Below are positions 48,963 to 58,547 of a DNA stretch of 64,000 nt, in pieces (position 1 is the stretch's first letter; the number at the start of each line of letters is the position of its first letter). The notes beneath the pieces are model-generated. The model worked only from the letters and a program-made list of their open reading frames with translations. It searched no databases and was not told where the DNA came from. The stretch covers positions 12,953 to 76,952 of IMG/VR virus record IMGVR_UViG_3300005805_000072; one strand, given 5' to 3'. The translations under genes and the position numbers were made by a program. Source of the stretch: a virus. Its lineage: Duplodnaviria; Caudoviricetes.

Positions 48963-51328
48963 AGATACGAAACATAAGAGTATTGAACAACTACAAGGTA
49001 AAGTTGACCAATGCAAAACTGTCTGATGTAGACGCAACGCGCAGCATAGTTGCAGAGCAGGGAACCAGATCTCCAACCATTCCGACGAATAATGTCACAG
49101 AGGCTCCTGTTACCTTTCAGCAGAAATTTGACATAGTGTTCAAGTATCTCATGAATAGATACGAGCCTGGTTGGTCGGGAGCGGATTTAACTGCTGGTAG
49201 AACCGCAACAATGCAGTTGTTGGGAGTTTCTGCTGGAATTAATCCATTGATTCTTGGTGGTACTGTCGAGACATCATTCAACTATACGACAAATGGGGAT
49301 GATGGTTGGTTTGACCCTTTGACTTATCCAAGAAACTTTGCAACTGCTGTGAGAACAGCATACAAGAGACTTGAACGAGCAAGGAACCCTCAAAGAGCAT
49401 CAAGCAAGTTTGTGGAGTACAATCTCAACAGTATTGTTTCTCAAGACTTTTTGTTTCAGGGTGGTAATGCGTTCTTTGGATTTCATCCAAACTTTGAGTG
49501 GTATCCAGCAACTTCTTTACCATATCAGTTGTACATGGGATACGAAGACAACTACAAGAATGGAGTTCAACGGTGTGTGTTGCACAGCCCTTATGGGAAC
49601 TTCACTAGCCCGATGAATGTCCTTGCTGGAAACTGGAGAAGATTGCCTTGGCTGTCGGACAGATATACCGCAGAGTCTTTTCAGTTTGATATGTACTTGT
49701 TGTCACAGGAAAAGACAACTATCAGGGATTTGCTCACCGATTCAACCATCACGCGAAATCCCAATCTTGGCATCTTGGTGGATGGTGTAACCGACACATA
49801 TCTGAATACTTCCTATGCTGGAGTGTGTTTCGAAGCAGGAACGCTTTCCAAGATTCCTTTTGATGACTACGGCAGAACTGGTGGTGGTTATGGGGAAAAT
49901 GAGGCTGTTGTTGGTTCTCCTTGGATAAGATTCCCCGAAGGAATCACCTATCCGGGTTGGTGGGGACCAGGAAGAGCAGGGTTGTGCTTTGCTTATGGTG
50001 ATCTTGTTCTCTATGATGGTCAGACTTTTCCAAATCAACCTCAGTCATTTGCATCATTGGCAAAACCTCCGATGTCTAATTCTATTGGTCTTTGCTTTGC
50101 CTATGGGGAAGCACTGCTCAACTCATTGAATGCTCTTTCAACAGCATGGGGAAATTCAATGGAATTCATAGCATATCTTGGTTGCATTCCATATGGAACG
50201 GGAACCGAGATGCGAATACCATTCGCTCTTTACAAAGATCCTCTTGTTCCCGAAAATGAAAGGTACTTCAAGTGGAGACTTGATGCCTCTGTATCTCACT
50301 GGAAGGAAAAGTTCAAATCGCCGTTCGATGGCTTTGCTCATGTTTTCATGGATGCCAGTTCTATCATAGAAAGAACTTATCATAAATGGCAACCATCGGG
50401 GTATACGTTCTGGACTAACATCACCAATGCTGGTACGAGTTATGTCGAGAACATTCCCGTGAAATGGGCTAGAGATCAATACAACTACACCTATGGAAAC
50501 TCTGGACCCAATCCGAACCGTGGCGTTGTCTATGGCATTGAGACATTTGCTCAATACATGTTCAAGGACGATGTTAGTTACTTCAATCCAAACAGGAATG
50601 ATCAGCGTAGATTCAATGGAGACACAGAACCAAGACACTGGGCTTTGGACTCAGACATTGCCTGTGCCTTGTTCTCCACTTCCCATGACATTCTTCTAGG
50701 TCAACGAAAATGGGGACTGACATATTCAAACTCCGTTTGGGGAATGGGGGTTTGTGGTAATACTTCACTTGGCGAAATCTTCACGAACTGCTCGCCCGAG
50801 GCACTAACAGATACAAACAAGTCTGCAATGAGCGGATTCCCTTGCTTCTATAACACATTTATCGAAGTGAAGGATAACGGAGATATTAAGTGGAAGGGTA
50901 TTCCGAACACCACGTTTGAGCAACCAAGTACAGGAAGAATACCTTGGGTTAATGATCGCAGATTCAGATTGTTCTATCTGTATCCAACAATGCTTGCCTT
51001 GAATGCCACAGTGATGGATCATTTCCATGATGGCTATGGATATTACAACTACTTCAATCGTTCTGGTTGGTTTGATATTCGACTTGGCAATTTTCTTGCA
51101 AGTCAAATGGAGACGCGACAACTTGGCAACATAGTTGCAAATCTTCCATTCCCAAACAGAAGAACTCCAACCACCCCACCACAAAACTTCTGGAACGGAA
51201 ATGCAAGGACATCTGAGTTTGAACTTCTCTATGCCTGTATGAAGGGTGGAATCACTGGTGGATTGGATTCTTTGCACTTCTCTGAACTGTATGTCGATCT
51301 TGAAGCAGCGGGTGCAACTGGATTCTGA
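48959..51328 (+). CDS. Hypothetical 789-aa aromatic-rich protein
   Basis: Long ORF coupled (ATGA) to the previous gene; no recognised family. Confidence 0.75.
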   Translation: MKIRNIRVLNNYKVKLTNAKLSDVDATRSIVAEQGTRSPTIPTNNVTEAPVTFQQKFDIVFKYLMNRYEPGWSGADLTAGRTATMQLLGVSAGINPLILGGTVETSFNYTTNGDDGWFDPLTYPRNFATAVRTAYKRLERARNPQRASSKFVEYNLNSIVSQDFLFQGGNAFFGFHPNFEWYPATSLPYQLYMGYEDNYKNGVQRCVLHSPYGNFTSPMNVLAGNWRRLPWLSDRYTAESFQFDMYLLSQEKTTIRDLLTDSTITRNPNLGILVDGVTDTYLNTSYAGVCFEAGTLSKIPFDDYGRTGGGYGENEAVVGSPWIRFPEGITYPGWWGPGRAGLCFAYGDLVLYDGQTFPNQPQSFASLAKPPMSNSIGLCFAYGEALLNSLNALSTAWGNSMEFIAYLGCIPYGTGTEMRIPFALYKDPLVPENERYFKWRLDASVSHWKEKFKSPFDGFAHVFMDASSIIERTYHKWQPSGYTFWTNITNAGTSYVENIPVKWARDQYNYTYGNSGPNPNRGVVYGIETFAQYMFKDDVSYFNPNRNDQRRFNGDTEPRHWALDSDIACALFSTSHDILLGQRKWGLTYSNSVWGMGVCGNTSLGEIFTNCSPEALTDTNKSAMSGFPCFYNTFIEVKDNGDIKWKGIPNTTFEQPSTGRIPWVNDRRFRLFYLYPTMLALNATVMDHFHDGYGYYNYFNRSGWFDIRLGNFLASQMETRQLGNIVANLPFPNRRTPTTPPQNFWNGNARTSEFELLYACMKGGITGGLDSLHFSELYVDLEAAGATGF

Positions 51329-51337
51329 TCAAACGAC

Positions 51338-51365
51338 TTGACATACACAAATCGGGGTGTATGAT
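51338..51365 (+). promoter_or_regulatory. Sigma70-type promoter of the denV-like gene (probably leaderless)
   Basis: TTGACA-N16-TATGAT; ATG begins 7 nt after the -10 box; no RBS. Confidence 0.75.
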
Positions 51366-51371
51366 TGAGCC

Positions 51372-51890
51372 ATGAACATCTTCGTTCTCAATGCAAATCC
51401 GATTCTTGCTGCCGAAGACATGTGCGACAAGCATGTTGTCAAGATGATCGTGGAAGGTTGTCAGATGCTTTCCACCATACACCGCATGGCAGGTAGTCAT
51501 GTCGTATATGCTCCTGTGTACCTGTATAAGCAATCTTTCACCAATCATCCGTGTACGGTGTGGGCAAGACAGTCGTTTGACAACTACTTGTGGCTTGCTC
51601 GTCATACCCACAAACTTTCCTTGGAATATACCCGTAGGTACGGAAAGATTCATAAATCACACGACATGACGAGTTGGTTCCTTCGTGTCATACCACACTC
51701 CGTAGGAACAGCAGACATGACCCCATTCGCACAGGCAATGCCTGATCAATACAAGCATTCAAATGCGGTGATTGCCTACAGACAATACTATCTTGGAGAA
51801 AAAGCAAGGTTTGCAAAATGGAAAGACGGAAATGTTCCTGCTTGGTTTCAGCAGAAAAATCCAATGATCGGTCTAGAGGTTCCTGCATAG
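51372..51890 (+). CDS. Pyrimidine-dimer DNA glycosylase / endonuclease V-like protein
   Basis: MNIFVL..NP..AA..MCDKHVVKM..E..QMLST; NHPCTVWAR; TPFAQAMP...AYRQYY. Confidence 0.8.
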   Translation: MNIFVLNANPILAAEDMCDKHVVKMIVEGCQMLSTIHRMAGSHVVYAPVYLYKQSFTNHPCTVWARQSFDNYLWLARHTHKLSLEYTRRYGKIHKSHDMTSWFLRVIPHSVGTADMTPFAQAMPDQYKHSNAVIAYRQYYLGEKARFAKWKDGNVPAWFQQKNPMIGLEVPA

Positions 51891-51908
51891 ATAGTGTTGG
51901 AGTGATCG

Positions 51909-53633
51909 ATGATAGTCTTTGAGAAAATTCGTTGGAAGAACTTCCTTTCATACGGAAACTACTTCACGCAGATGTCTCTGAACAAGTCAGAGATGACTCT
52001 GATGTGTGGCGAGAATGGCGCGGGAAAGACCACCTTTCTTGATGCCATATGCTTCTGCCTCTTCGGAAAACCATTCCGCAATATCAACATCCCACAGTTG
52101 CCAAACAGCATCAATGGCAAGGATTGCATCGTTGAATGCGAGTTTAGCATTGGTTCCAACAAGTATCTCGTTCGCCGTGGTCTGAATCCAAAGGTGTTTG
52201 AGATATACAAGAATGGAACTTTGATGGATCAGGATTCAAAGTCCAAGGACTATCAGAAGATGCTTGAGGAACAGATTCTCAAGATGTCTGCGAAATCTTT
52301 CTGTCAGGTTGTGATTCTTGGCAGCACCAACTACATTCCGTTCATGCGCCTTCCCGCAGCAGACCGTCGCCTGATTGTCGAGTCTCTTCTTGACATCGGA
52401 GTGTTCTCTGCGATGAATGTCGTGCTGAAGAATCGGCTTGCGGGAAACAAGGAAGATATTCGCAACTGCGAGACTTCAATGGAGATACTTGAAAGCAAGG
52501 TCGATGGTCAGAGAAAGTATCTTAACATGCTTGAGGAGAAGAGTCGATCCTCGCTTGAGAGCCTTGAGGAAGAACTCGCGAAGAACATTGAGAATAAAAA
52601 CACCTTGTCTGCAATCTGCACGAAGGGTGGAAACATCCTCGCCACGCTGACGAAGAACCGTGATCTCTATCGCAAGAAGATAGGAAACATATCAGATCTG
52701 AAGAAGATCAGGAATAGCCTAGACAAGAAGATAGATGGGTTGGACATGGAGATATCTCTCTACATGACCACCAAGGAGATGCCATGTCCTTCCTGTGGAA
52801 GGGAGATGACGGACGAGCATCGTCAGAAGGAAATCGATCTCAAGAAAGCCAAGCGAGACGAAGTGAATCGTGCATTGGTGGATATTGATGGCAAGATTGC
52901 AAGTGAGAACGCATTCATTCTTGACAACAAACTCGACAAGGTTGAGGAAGAGTTCAACAAGTTTCAGACCATACTGAACGATCACAGGCAGAAACTTGGC
53001 GTTGCTGAGAAGATGATCGAACGGCTGTCTTCTGACATTGAGAAGATAAAGAAGTCTCAGCAGTCCCTTGAGGACGAGCAGACTGTTCTTGAGGAACTAC
53101 AGGACAAGTCTGATGCAAGCAAGCGAAGTCTTGCAGAGAAGCAGCATGAGCAGAAGTTGCTTGGTTCTGCACAGGTTATTCTCAAGGACAGCGGCATCAA
53201 GACAAAGATAATCCGCCACTATCTTCCAATCATGAACAAGTTGATCAATCATCACCTTGCTTGCATGGATTTCTTCGTGCAGTTCAACCTTGACGAAAAC
53301 TTCGATGAAACCATTAAGTCCCGCCACAGAGATGAGTTCACCTATGCATCGTTCAGCGAAGGCGAGAAGATGCGTATCGATCTGTCGCTGCTGCTTGCAT
53401 GGCGTGAGATTGCAAGACTGAAGAATAGCACCAACTGCAACCTGTTGGTTCTTGATGAAGTCTTTGACTCAAGCCTTGATGGAACGGGCATGGATGAGTT
53501 CATGAAGTTGCTCAAGGCAATGGGGGCTAGATGCAACATCTTCGTGATCTCTCACAAGAGCGATCAGTTGATGGATAAGTTTCAAGAAGTCCTTACCTTC
53601 AAGAAGAAGAACAACTTCAGCAGGATGCAATGA
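51909..53633 (+). CDS. gp46: Recombination ATPase (Rad50/SbcC-like)
   Basis: GENGAGKTT; CPSC zinc hook; FSEGEKMRIDL; LVLDEVFDSSLD. Confidence 0.96.
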   Translation: MIVFEKIRWKNFLSYGNYFTQMSLNKSEMTLMCGENGAGKTTFLDAICFCLFGKPFRNINIPQLPNSINGKDCIVECEFSIGSNKYLVRRGLNPKVFEIYKNGTLMDQDSKSKDYQKMLEEQILKMSAKSFCQVVILGSTNYIPFMRLPAADRRLIVESLLDIGVFSAMNVVLKNRLAGNKEDIRNCETSMEILESKVDGQRKYLNMLEEKSRSSLESLEEELAKNIENKNTLSAICTKGGNILATLTKNRDLYRKKIGNISDLKKIRNSLDKKIDGLDMEISLYMTTKEMPCPSCGREMTDEHRQKEIDLKKAKRDEVNRALVDIDGKIASENAFILDNKLDKVEEEFNKFQTILNDHRQKLGVAEKMIERLSSDIEKIKKSQQSLEDEQTVLEELQDKSDASKRSLAEKQHEQKLLGSAQVILKDSGIKTKIIRHYLPIMNKLINHHLACMDFFVQFNLDENFDETIKSRHRDEFTYASFSEGEKMRIDLSLLLAWREIARLKNSTNCNLLVLDEVFDSSLDGTGMDEFMKLLKAMGARCNIFVISHKSDQLMDKFQEVLTFKKKNNFSRMQ

Positions 53634-54079
53634 TGCACAAGTATATTAGAAACAGATTCACAAAGGCATGGCAGTTTGCCGATGCTCATCTTTCCCGTGG
53701 CATTGGGAATGCAAAAATCCCCGAGGAAGTGAAGGATATCCGTGAGATATCCTGCCACGGTTCCGAAGAACTCAACCTTCCCCCTTGCGAGGGCAGGGGT
53801 GAGAGCAAGAAGTTCAAAGATTCGTATGTCTGCGAGGCTTGTGGTTGTGGAGATTTCTCCCATACTCAACTCAAGAACCTTTCCGAAAGTCACTATTCAA
53901 AACTTGACTACCCACGCATCTTCTGCCCAAAGCAGATGCCTGGATTCAGCAACTATGTTCCACTAACCATTTTGGAGAATGATATGAGAAAGAAGTTGAT
54001 CGAAGAGACATTTGGTGTAGAGTACCTCAAGCAACTGCACGATAGAAAGGAGACTGACAGTGGGCAAGGAGTGGAATGA
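53630..54079 (+). CDS. Hypothetical Cys-containing protein
   Basis: Coupled to gp46; SCHG...PPC...CEACGCGD...FCP suggests metal binding. Confidence 0.65.
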   Translation: MMHKYIRNRFTKAWQFADAHLSRGIGNAKIPEEVKDIREISCHGSEELNLPPCEGRGESKKFKDSYVCEACGCGDFSHTQLKNLSESHYSKLDYPRIFCPKQMPGFSNYVPLTILENDMRKKLIEETFGVEYLKQLHDRKETDSGQGVE

Positions 54080-54254
54080 CAACGACTTCAGCGGACTAGA
54101 CAGGCAACACTCGACTTCAAGGGGTCGAAAGCATGAACGCAGGGGTCAAAGGCATGACCGCAAGCACCACATGAAAGATCTCAAGGACATGGTAAACAAT
54201 GGTGAGGATATCGAAACTGACGATATCATGGACTCTTTTGAGGATGAACAATGA
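54060..54254 (+). CDS. Small hypothetical protein (basic middle, acidic end)
   Basis: GTG start with AAGGAG 7 nt upstream; ATGA coupling to gp45. Confidence 0.6.
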   Translation: MGKEWNDNDFSGLDRQHSTSRGRKHERRGQRHDRKHHMKDLKDMVNNGEDIETDDIMDSFEDEQ

Positions 54255-54928
54255 AGATCAGCAAGAAGACATTTGACATTCTGAAGAACTTTTCGGGGAT
54301 TCGCTCTTCCATCTATGTTGACAAGGGGAACACGATTCGCACTGTTTCTCCTGCCAAGAACATCATGGCAGAGGTGAAGGTGGATGAATCGTTTCCCAAG
54401 CCGTTCGCAATCTTCGATCTTGGCAAGTTCATTGCCACGACGAGCCTGTTCAACGAGCCTGACTATGAGTTTGATGACAAGTATGTTGTCGTGAACTCAC
54501 AAAGAGGTGGAGCGGTTCAATACTTCTATGCCGACGAGAAGTTGGTCGAAAAGGCAAACAAGACCATCAAGATGCCCGACCTCACGGCAGAGTTTCAACT
54601 TTCTGCATCGGAGATTGCAGAGATTCAGAAGGCAGCATCAGTCCTGCAACTCGACACTATCTGCATCAGGAACAATCTACCCGCTGATGGGATTGAGATC
54701 GTTGCATTCGACCGCAAGATCGGCTTGAACAGCACATCTAACACCTACAAGGTTCCGATCAAGGCAAAGAAGGCAGAGCCAAATCTTTCGGTCTACATCG
54801 ACATTGATCTGATGAAGATGCTCTCCGATGATTATTCCGTTGAGGTTGGCGGCAGTGCTGTTGCCAAGTTTGTTGGAAACAAGAATGGCGTTACTTATTG
54901 GATTGCCCTTCGTTCTGATTCAAAGTAA
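54251..54928 (+). CDS. gp45: Sliding clamp
   Basis: MKISKKTFDILKNFSGI; FPKPFAIFDLGKF; YWIAL. Confidence 0.94.
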   Translation: MKISKKTFDILKNFSGIRSSIYVDKGNTIRTVSPAKNIMAEVKVDESFPKPFAIFDLGKFIATTSLFNEPDYEFDDKYVVVNSQRGGAVQYFYADEKLVEKANKTIKMPDLTAEFQLSASEIAEIQKAASVLQLDTICIRNNLPADGIEIVAFDRKIGLNSTSNTYKVPIKAKKAEPNLSVYIDIDLMKMLSDDYSVEVGGSAVAKFVGNKNGVTYWIALRSDSK

Positions 54929-54938
54929 GGAGTGAACA

Positions 54939-55886
54939 ATGCTTGCCACGGAAGAATACCTGTGGTCAGAGAAGTATCGTCCGCGCCGTATCGCGGATTG
55001 TGTTTTGCCCGAAGACATTCTCAAGACATTTGAGGAAAGCCTAGAGAAGGGACAGTTGCAGAATCTGCTGCTGTCGGGTGGTCCTGGTGTGGGAAAGACA
55101 ACGGTTGCCAAGGCACTGTGCGACGAACTTGGTGCCGATTGGATCATCATCAACTGCTCTGAAGACGGCAACATCGATACTCTCCGTACAAGAATCCGAG
55201 AGTTTGCTAGTGCCGTTTCCTTTACGGGTGGAAACAAGGTGGTCATCCTTGACGAGTTCGACTACTCCAATCCACAGTCTATGCAACCAGCCCTTCGTGG
55301 GTTCATGGAGGAGTTTTCCAAGAACTGTCGTTTCATTCTGACTTGCAACTACAAGAATCGCATCATTCAGCCTCTGCATTCCCGATGCACGGTGATCGAT
55401 TTTCGTATCCCCTCTACCGAGAAGCCTAATATGGCAAAGCAGATGCACAAGCGCGTCTGCTCCATTCTTGACACGGAGGGAATCGAATACGACAACAAGG
55501 TGATTGCCGAACTCGTCATGCGTAGGTTTCCTGACTTCCGTAGGCTCATCAATGACCTACAGAAGTATGCCTTGAGTGGCAAGATCGATGTTGGTATTCT
55601 TGGAACGACTGCATCCGACAAGGTCAATGACCTCATCGGGTTCATGAAGAAGAAGGAGTTTGGAAGCATTCGCAAGTGGGTGGCAAACAACATCGACAAC
55701 GATCATGTCGGCTTGTATCGCACCATCTATGATGGTCTGTATGACTTCCTTGAGCCTCAGTCCATTCCACAGGCAATCCTGACCCTAGCGGACTATCAGT
55801 ACAAGGCAGCATTCGTTGCCGATCAGGAGATCAATACGATGGCTTGCCTGAGTGAACTGATGGTTTCCTGCGAGTTCAAGAAATGA
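54939..55886 (+). CDS. gp44: Clamp loader ATPase subunit
   Basis: LWSEKYRP; GPGVGKT; ILDEFD; PLHSRC; FVADQEIN. Confidence 0.96.
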   Translation: MLATEEYLWSEKYRPRRIADCVLPEDILKTFEESLEKGQLQNLLLSGGPGVGKTTVAKALCDELGADWIIINCSEDGNIDTLRTRIREFASAVSFTGGNKVVILDEFDYSNPQSMQPALRGFMEEFSKNCRFILTCNYKNRIIQPLHSRCTVIDFRIPSTEKPNMAKQMHKRVCSILDTEGIEYDNKVIAELVMRRFPDFRRLINDLQKYALSGKIDVGILGTTASDKVNDLIGFMKKKEFGSIRKWVANNIDNDHVGLYRTIYDGLYDFLEPQSIPQAILTLADYQYKAAFVADQEINTMACLSELMVSCEFKK

Positions 55887-56284
55887 ACGACAACCCATTC
55901 GATTTCCTAAACAGCATCAATCAGACCAAGGTGAACCTGATCCGAGATGAGGGTAGGGGAGCATCCGAGTATGCTCCCTACCTGATGAACAAGGGCTTGT
56001 CTCAGTTTCCCGATACGATCATGCAAGCAAATGTCATGAATCAGAGGGGGTTCCTTGACAAGCAGATGCAGTATGAATATCTGCTTCACTCTATTCGCCC
56101 AAGGAAAAGATTCTCCAAGTGGGCAAAGAAGGAAGATGCAGAGTTGATACAGGGCATATGCGACCTGTTTGGCTGCTCTGATAAGAAGGCAGAGGAGATT
56201 CGGGACATCCTAGGTCAGAAGTTGATCGGTAAACTCATCAAGGATCGTGAGAAGGCAGTCGGAGGTATCCAAAATGCTAAATAA
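55883..56284 (+). CDS. gp62: Clamp loader small subunit
   Basis: PFDFLNSINQTK; YAPYLMNKGLSQFPDT; QYEYLLHSIRPRKRFSKW. Confidence 0.92.
   Translation: MNDNPFDFLNSINQTKVNLIRDEGRGASEYAPYLMNKGLSQFPDTIMQANVMNQRGFLDKQMQYEYLLHSIRPRKRFSKWAKKEDAELIQGICDLFGCSDKKAEEIRDILGQKLIGKLIKDREKAVGGIQNAK
56277..56283 (+). promoter_or_regulatory. Late-type promoter upstream of regA and the GT2 cassette
   Basis: CTAAATA overlapping the gp62 stop. Confidence 0.45.
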
Positions 56285-56325
56285 TCCAGAATGTTCTATC
56301 ATGCTGATTGATTGGCGAGGATACT

Positions 56326-56742
56326 ATGGAAAAGAGAATATTGGATCTCAAGGTCGAAGACCTTTTGGAGATCACACTAAAGACAGAGGACGACTTCCTC
56401 AAGGTACGCGAAACCCTGACTAGGATCGGGGTATCCTCCAAGAAGGAAAACAAGTTGTACCAAAGTTGTCATATACTCCACAAAAGAGGTAAGTTCTACA
56501 TCGTGCATTTCAAGGAACTGTTCGCATTGGACGGGCTTCCAACTGATATCGATGATACAGACATTGGACGAAGGAACACTATTGCCAATCTTCTTGAAGA
56601 GTGGGGTCTAGTCGATATCGTTGATCCAAAGAAAGCAAGTGAACCGATAGTGTCTCTTGCACAGATGAAAATAATCCCATTCAAAGACAAGCAGAACTGG
56701 GAACTTGTACCTAAATACCATATAGGTAAGAAGAAGCCCTGA
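56326..56742 (+). CDS. regA: Translational repressor RegA (start at ATG 56326)
   Basis: DDFLKVRETLTRIGV; LYQSCHILHKRGKFYIVHFKELFALDG; RRNTIANLLEEWGL. Confidence 0.96.
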   Translation: MEKRILDLKVEDLLEITLKTEDDFLKVRETLTRIGVSSKKENKLYQSCHILHKRGKFYIVHFKELFALDGLPTDIDDTDIGRRNTIANLLEEWGLVDIVDPKKASEPIVSLAQMKIIPFKDKQNWELVPKYHIGKKKP

Positions 56743-56761
56743 CCCAAAAGGAATATACATT

Positions 56762-58024
56762 ATGCGTCCAACTGTTACACTATGCATGATCGTGAAGAAC
56801 GAGTCTCATATCATTCACGAATGTCTGAACTCAGTCTACAAGTACATCGATTACTGGGTCATCTGCGACACAGGTTCCACTGACAATACCAAACAGATCA
56901 TCACCGACTTCTTCAAGGAAAAGGGCATTCCTGGTGAGATCCATGACCATGAGTGGAAGAACTTTGGTCACAATCGCACACTTGCATTCAAGGCAGCAGA
57001 GGGCAAGGCAGACTATGCCTGGGTGATCGATGCAGACGATTACCTTGAGGGTGAACTCATCCTCCCACCCAATACGAATGTTGACAGTTATGCCCTGCGG
57101 ATCAAGCGTGGATCATTCTTCTGGTGGCGCAATCAGGTGTTCAAGTTGGATTGCAACTGGGAATACAAGGGTGTTCTACACGAATATGCCGCTTGTCAGA
57201 AGCAAAATCCCATCATCAGCAAACTTGAGGGCAACTACAACATCTGCGCCCGTACAATGGGTGGTGCAAGAAATGTAGGCATTACTCCTACGGAGAAGTA
57301 CAGTCGAGATGCTGTGATTCTTGAGGAGGCAATGAAGGAAGATCCAACCAATACCCGCCATCAGTTCTATCTTGCTCAGTCCTACTTCGATTCTCAGCAG
57401 TGGGAGAAGTCAGCGGAGGCATATCAGAAGCGAGTAGAGATGGGTGGATGGGAAGAAGAGGTCTTCTACTCCCTGTACCGCATCGCAATGATTGCGGCAA
57501 TCACCAACAAGCAGTTTGGCGAGATCAAGGAGAAGTTCCTCATGGCATGGAACTATCGTCCCATACGAGCCGAACCGCTGTATCATATTGCCAAGATGTA
57601 CCGCCTCATCAATCAGCCTCGCCTTTCATATCTCTATGCAAAGATGGCAAAGACCATGCCATATCCCCACTTTGACATCTTGTTCATCGATGATGATATC
57701 TACAAGTGGCAGATCGATGATGAGATCGCTGCCACTGCTTTCTACCTTCATCGCTATGATGAGGGGCTTGCAGCAGGAAGATCATTGCTTTTGAATCCCC
57801 TTTATCCAGAATCTGAACGACCAAGGATGGAGATGAATCTCAAGTTGTATGAGCAACGAATGGTTGAATCGGCGGGTATGATCGCTGCCATGAAAGCAAA
57901 GGAAGCACAACCTATACCGACAAATGCAGTTGTTTCAAACAACAAGGTTGAAGAGGAACAGCGCAGGGAAAACCTCAAGCGGCTTCTCAATCGCAAGAAG
58001 GATCGCAAGTCCAAGAGCCGTTGA
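56762..58024 (+). CDS. Family 2 glycosyltransferase with TPR repeats
   Basis: LCMIVKNE...CDTGSTDNT...NFGHNRT...VIDADD (DXD); LHE; TPR motifs HQFYLAQSYFD, VFYSLYRIA, RAEPLYHIAK. Confidence 0.9.
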   Translation: MRPTVTLCMIVKNESHIIHECLNSVYKYIDYWVICDTGSTDNTKQIITDFFKEKGIPGEIHDHEWKNFGHNRTLAFKAAEGKADYAWVIDADDYLEGELILPPNTNVDSYALRIKRGSFFWWRNQVFKLDCNWEYKGVLHEYAACQKQNPIISKLEGNYNICARTMGGARNVGITPTEKYSRDAVILEEAMKEDPTNTRHQFYLAQSYFDSQQWEKSAEAYQKRVEMGGWEEEVFYSLYRIAMIAAITNKQFGEIKEKFLMAWNYRPIRAEPLYHIAKMYRLINQPRLSYLYAKMAKTMPYPHFDILFIDDDIYKWQIDDEIAATAFYLHRYDEGLAAGRSLLLNPLYPESERPRMEMNLKLYEQRMVESAGMIAAMKAKEAQPIPTNAVVSNNKVEEEQRRENLKRLLNRKKDRKSKSR

Positions 58025-58041
58025 ACTGAAGGGTCTATATC

Positions 58042-58542
58042 ATGTTGAAGGTGTTCAAAACCAACCCCAATGCTATCATTCCAACATTTGCCACCGCAGA
58101 ATCTGCATGTTTCGATCTCTATGCCTGTCTAAAAGGTGTTGAGAAGATAAAGTGCTATACTCGCATGAACGAGCCTATTGAACTCGACTGCGTGGATAAG
58201 ATAGAGATTCCTGCTGAGTTTCGAGTATTGATTCCCACAGGTTTGATATTCGATATTCCCTACGGTCATTCTGTCAGAATCTATCCTCGTTCTGGACTTT
58301 CTTTCAAGTTTGGGCTTGTAACTCAGAACTGCGAGGGTATAGTTGATTCCGACTATGTCGAGGAGTGCTTCCTGCTTCTCAAGAACGATTCTTTGTCCCG
58401 CGTCACCATCGATCATGGAATGCGTGTGGCACAGGGAGAACTCGTCAAGAACTATGGATACAACTTGATCATGTTGAGTGACGAAAGACCACAGAAGAGG
58501 ACAACCCGCAATGGCGGTTTTGGAAGTACAGGCGTGAACTAA
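58042..58542 (+). CDS. dut: Trimeric dUTPase
   Basis: SACFDL; PRSG; GIVDSDY; RVAQ; RNGGFGSTG. Confidence 0.92.
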   Translation: MLKVFKTNPNAIIPTFATAESACFDLYACLKGVEKIKCYTRMNEPIELDCVDKIEIPAEFRVLIPTGLIFDIPYGHSVRIYPRSGLSFKFGLVTQNCEGIVDSDYVEECFLLLKNDSLSRVTIDHGMRVAQGELVKNYGYNLIMLSDERPQKRTTRNGGFGSTGVN

Positions 58543-58547
58543 TCATA

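Noticed and set aside
29068-56325. Upstream starts proposed by the ORF track for gp17 (29068), the deaminase (42633), 44569, 47202, gp21 (38251) and regA (56308)
   Set aside because: Downstream ATGs fit better by RBS, stop-start coupling and recognised N-termini.
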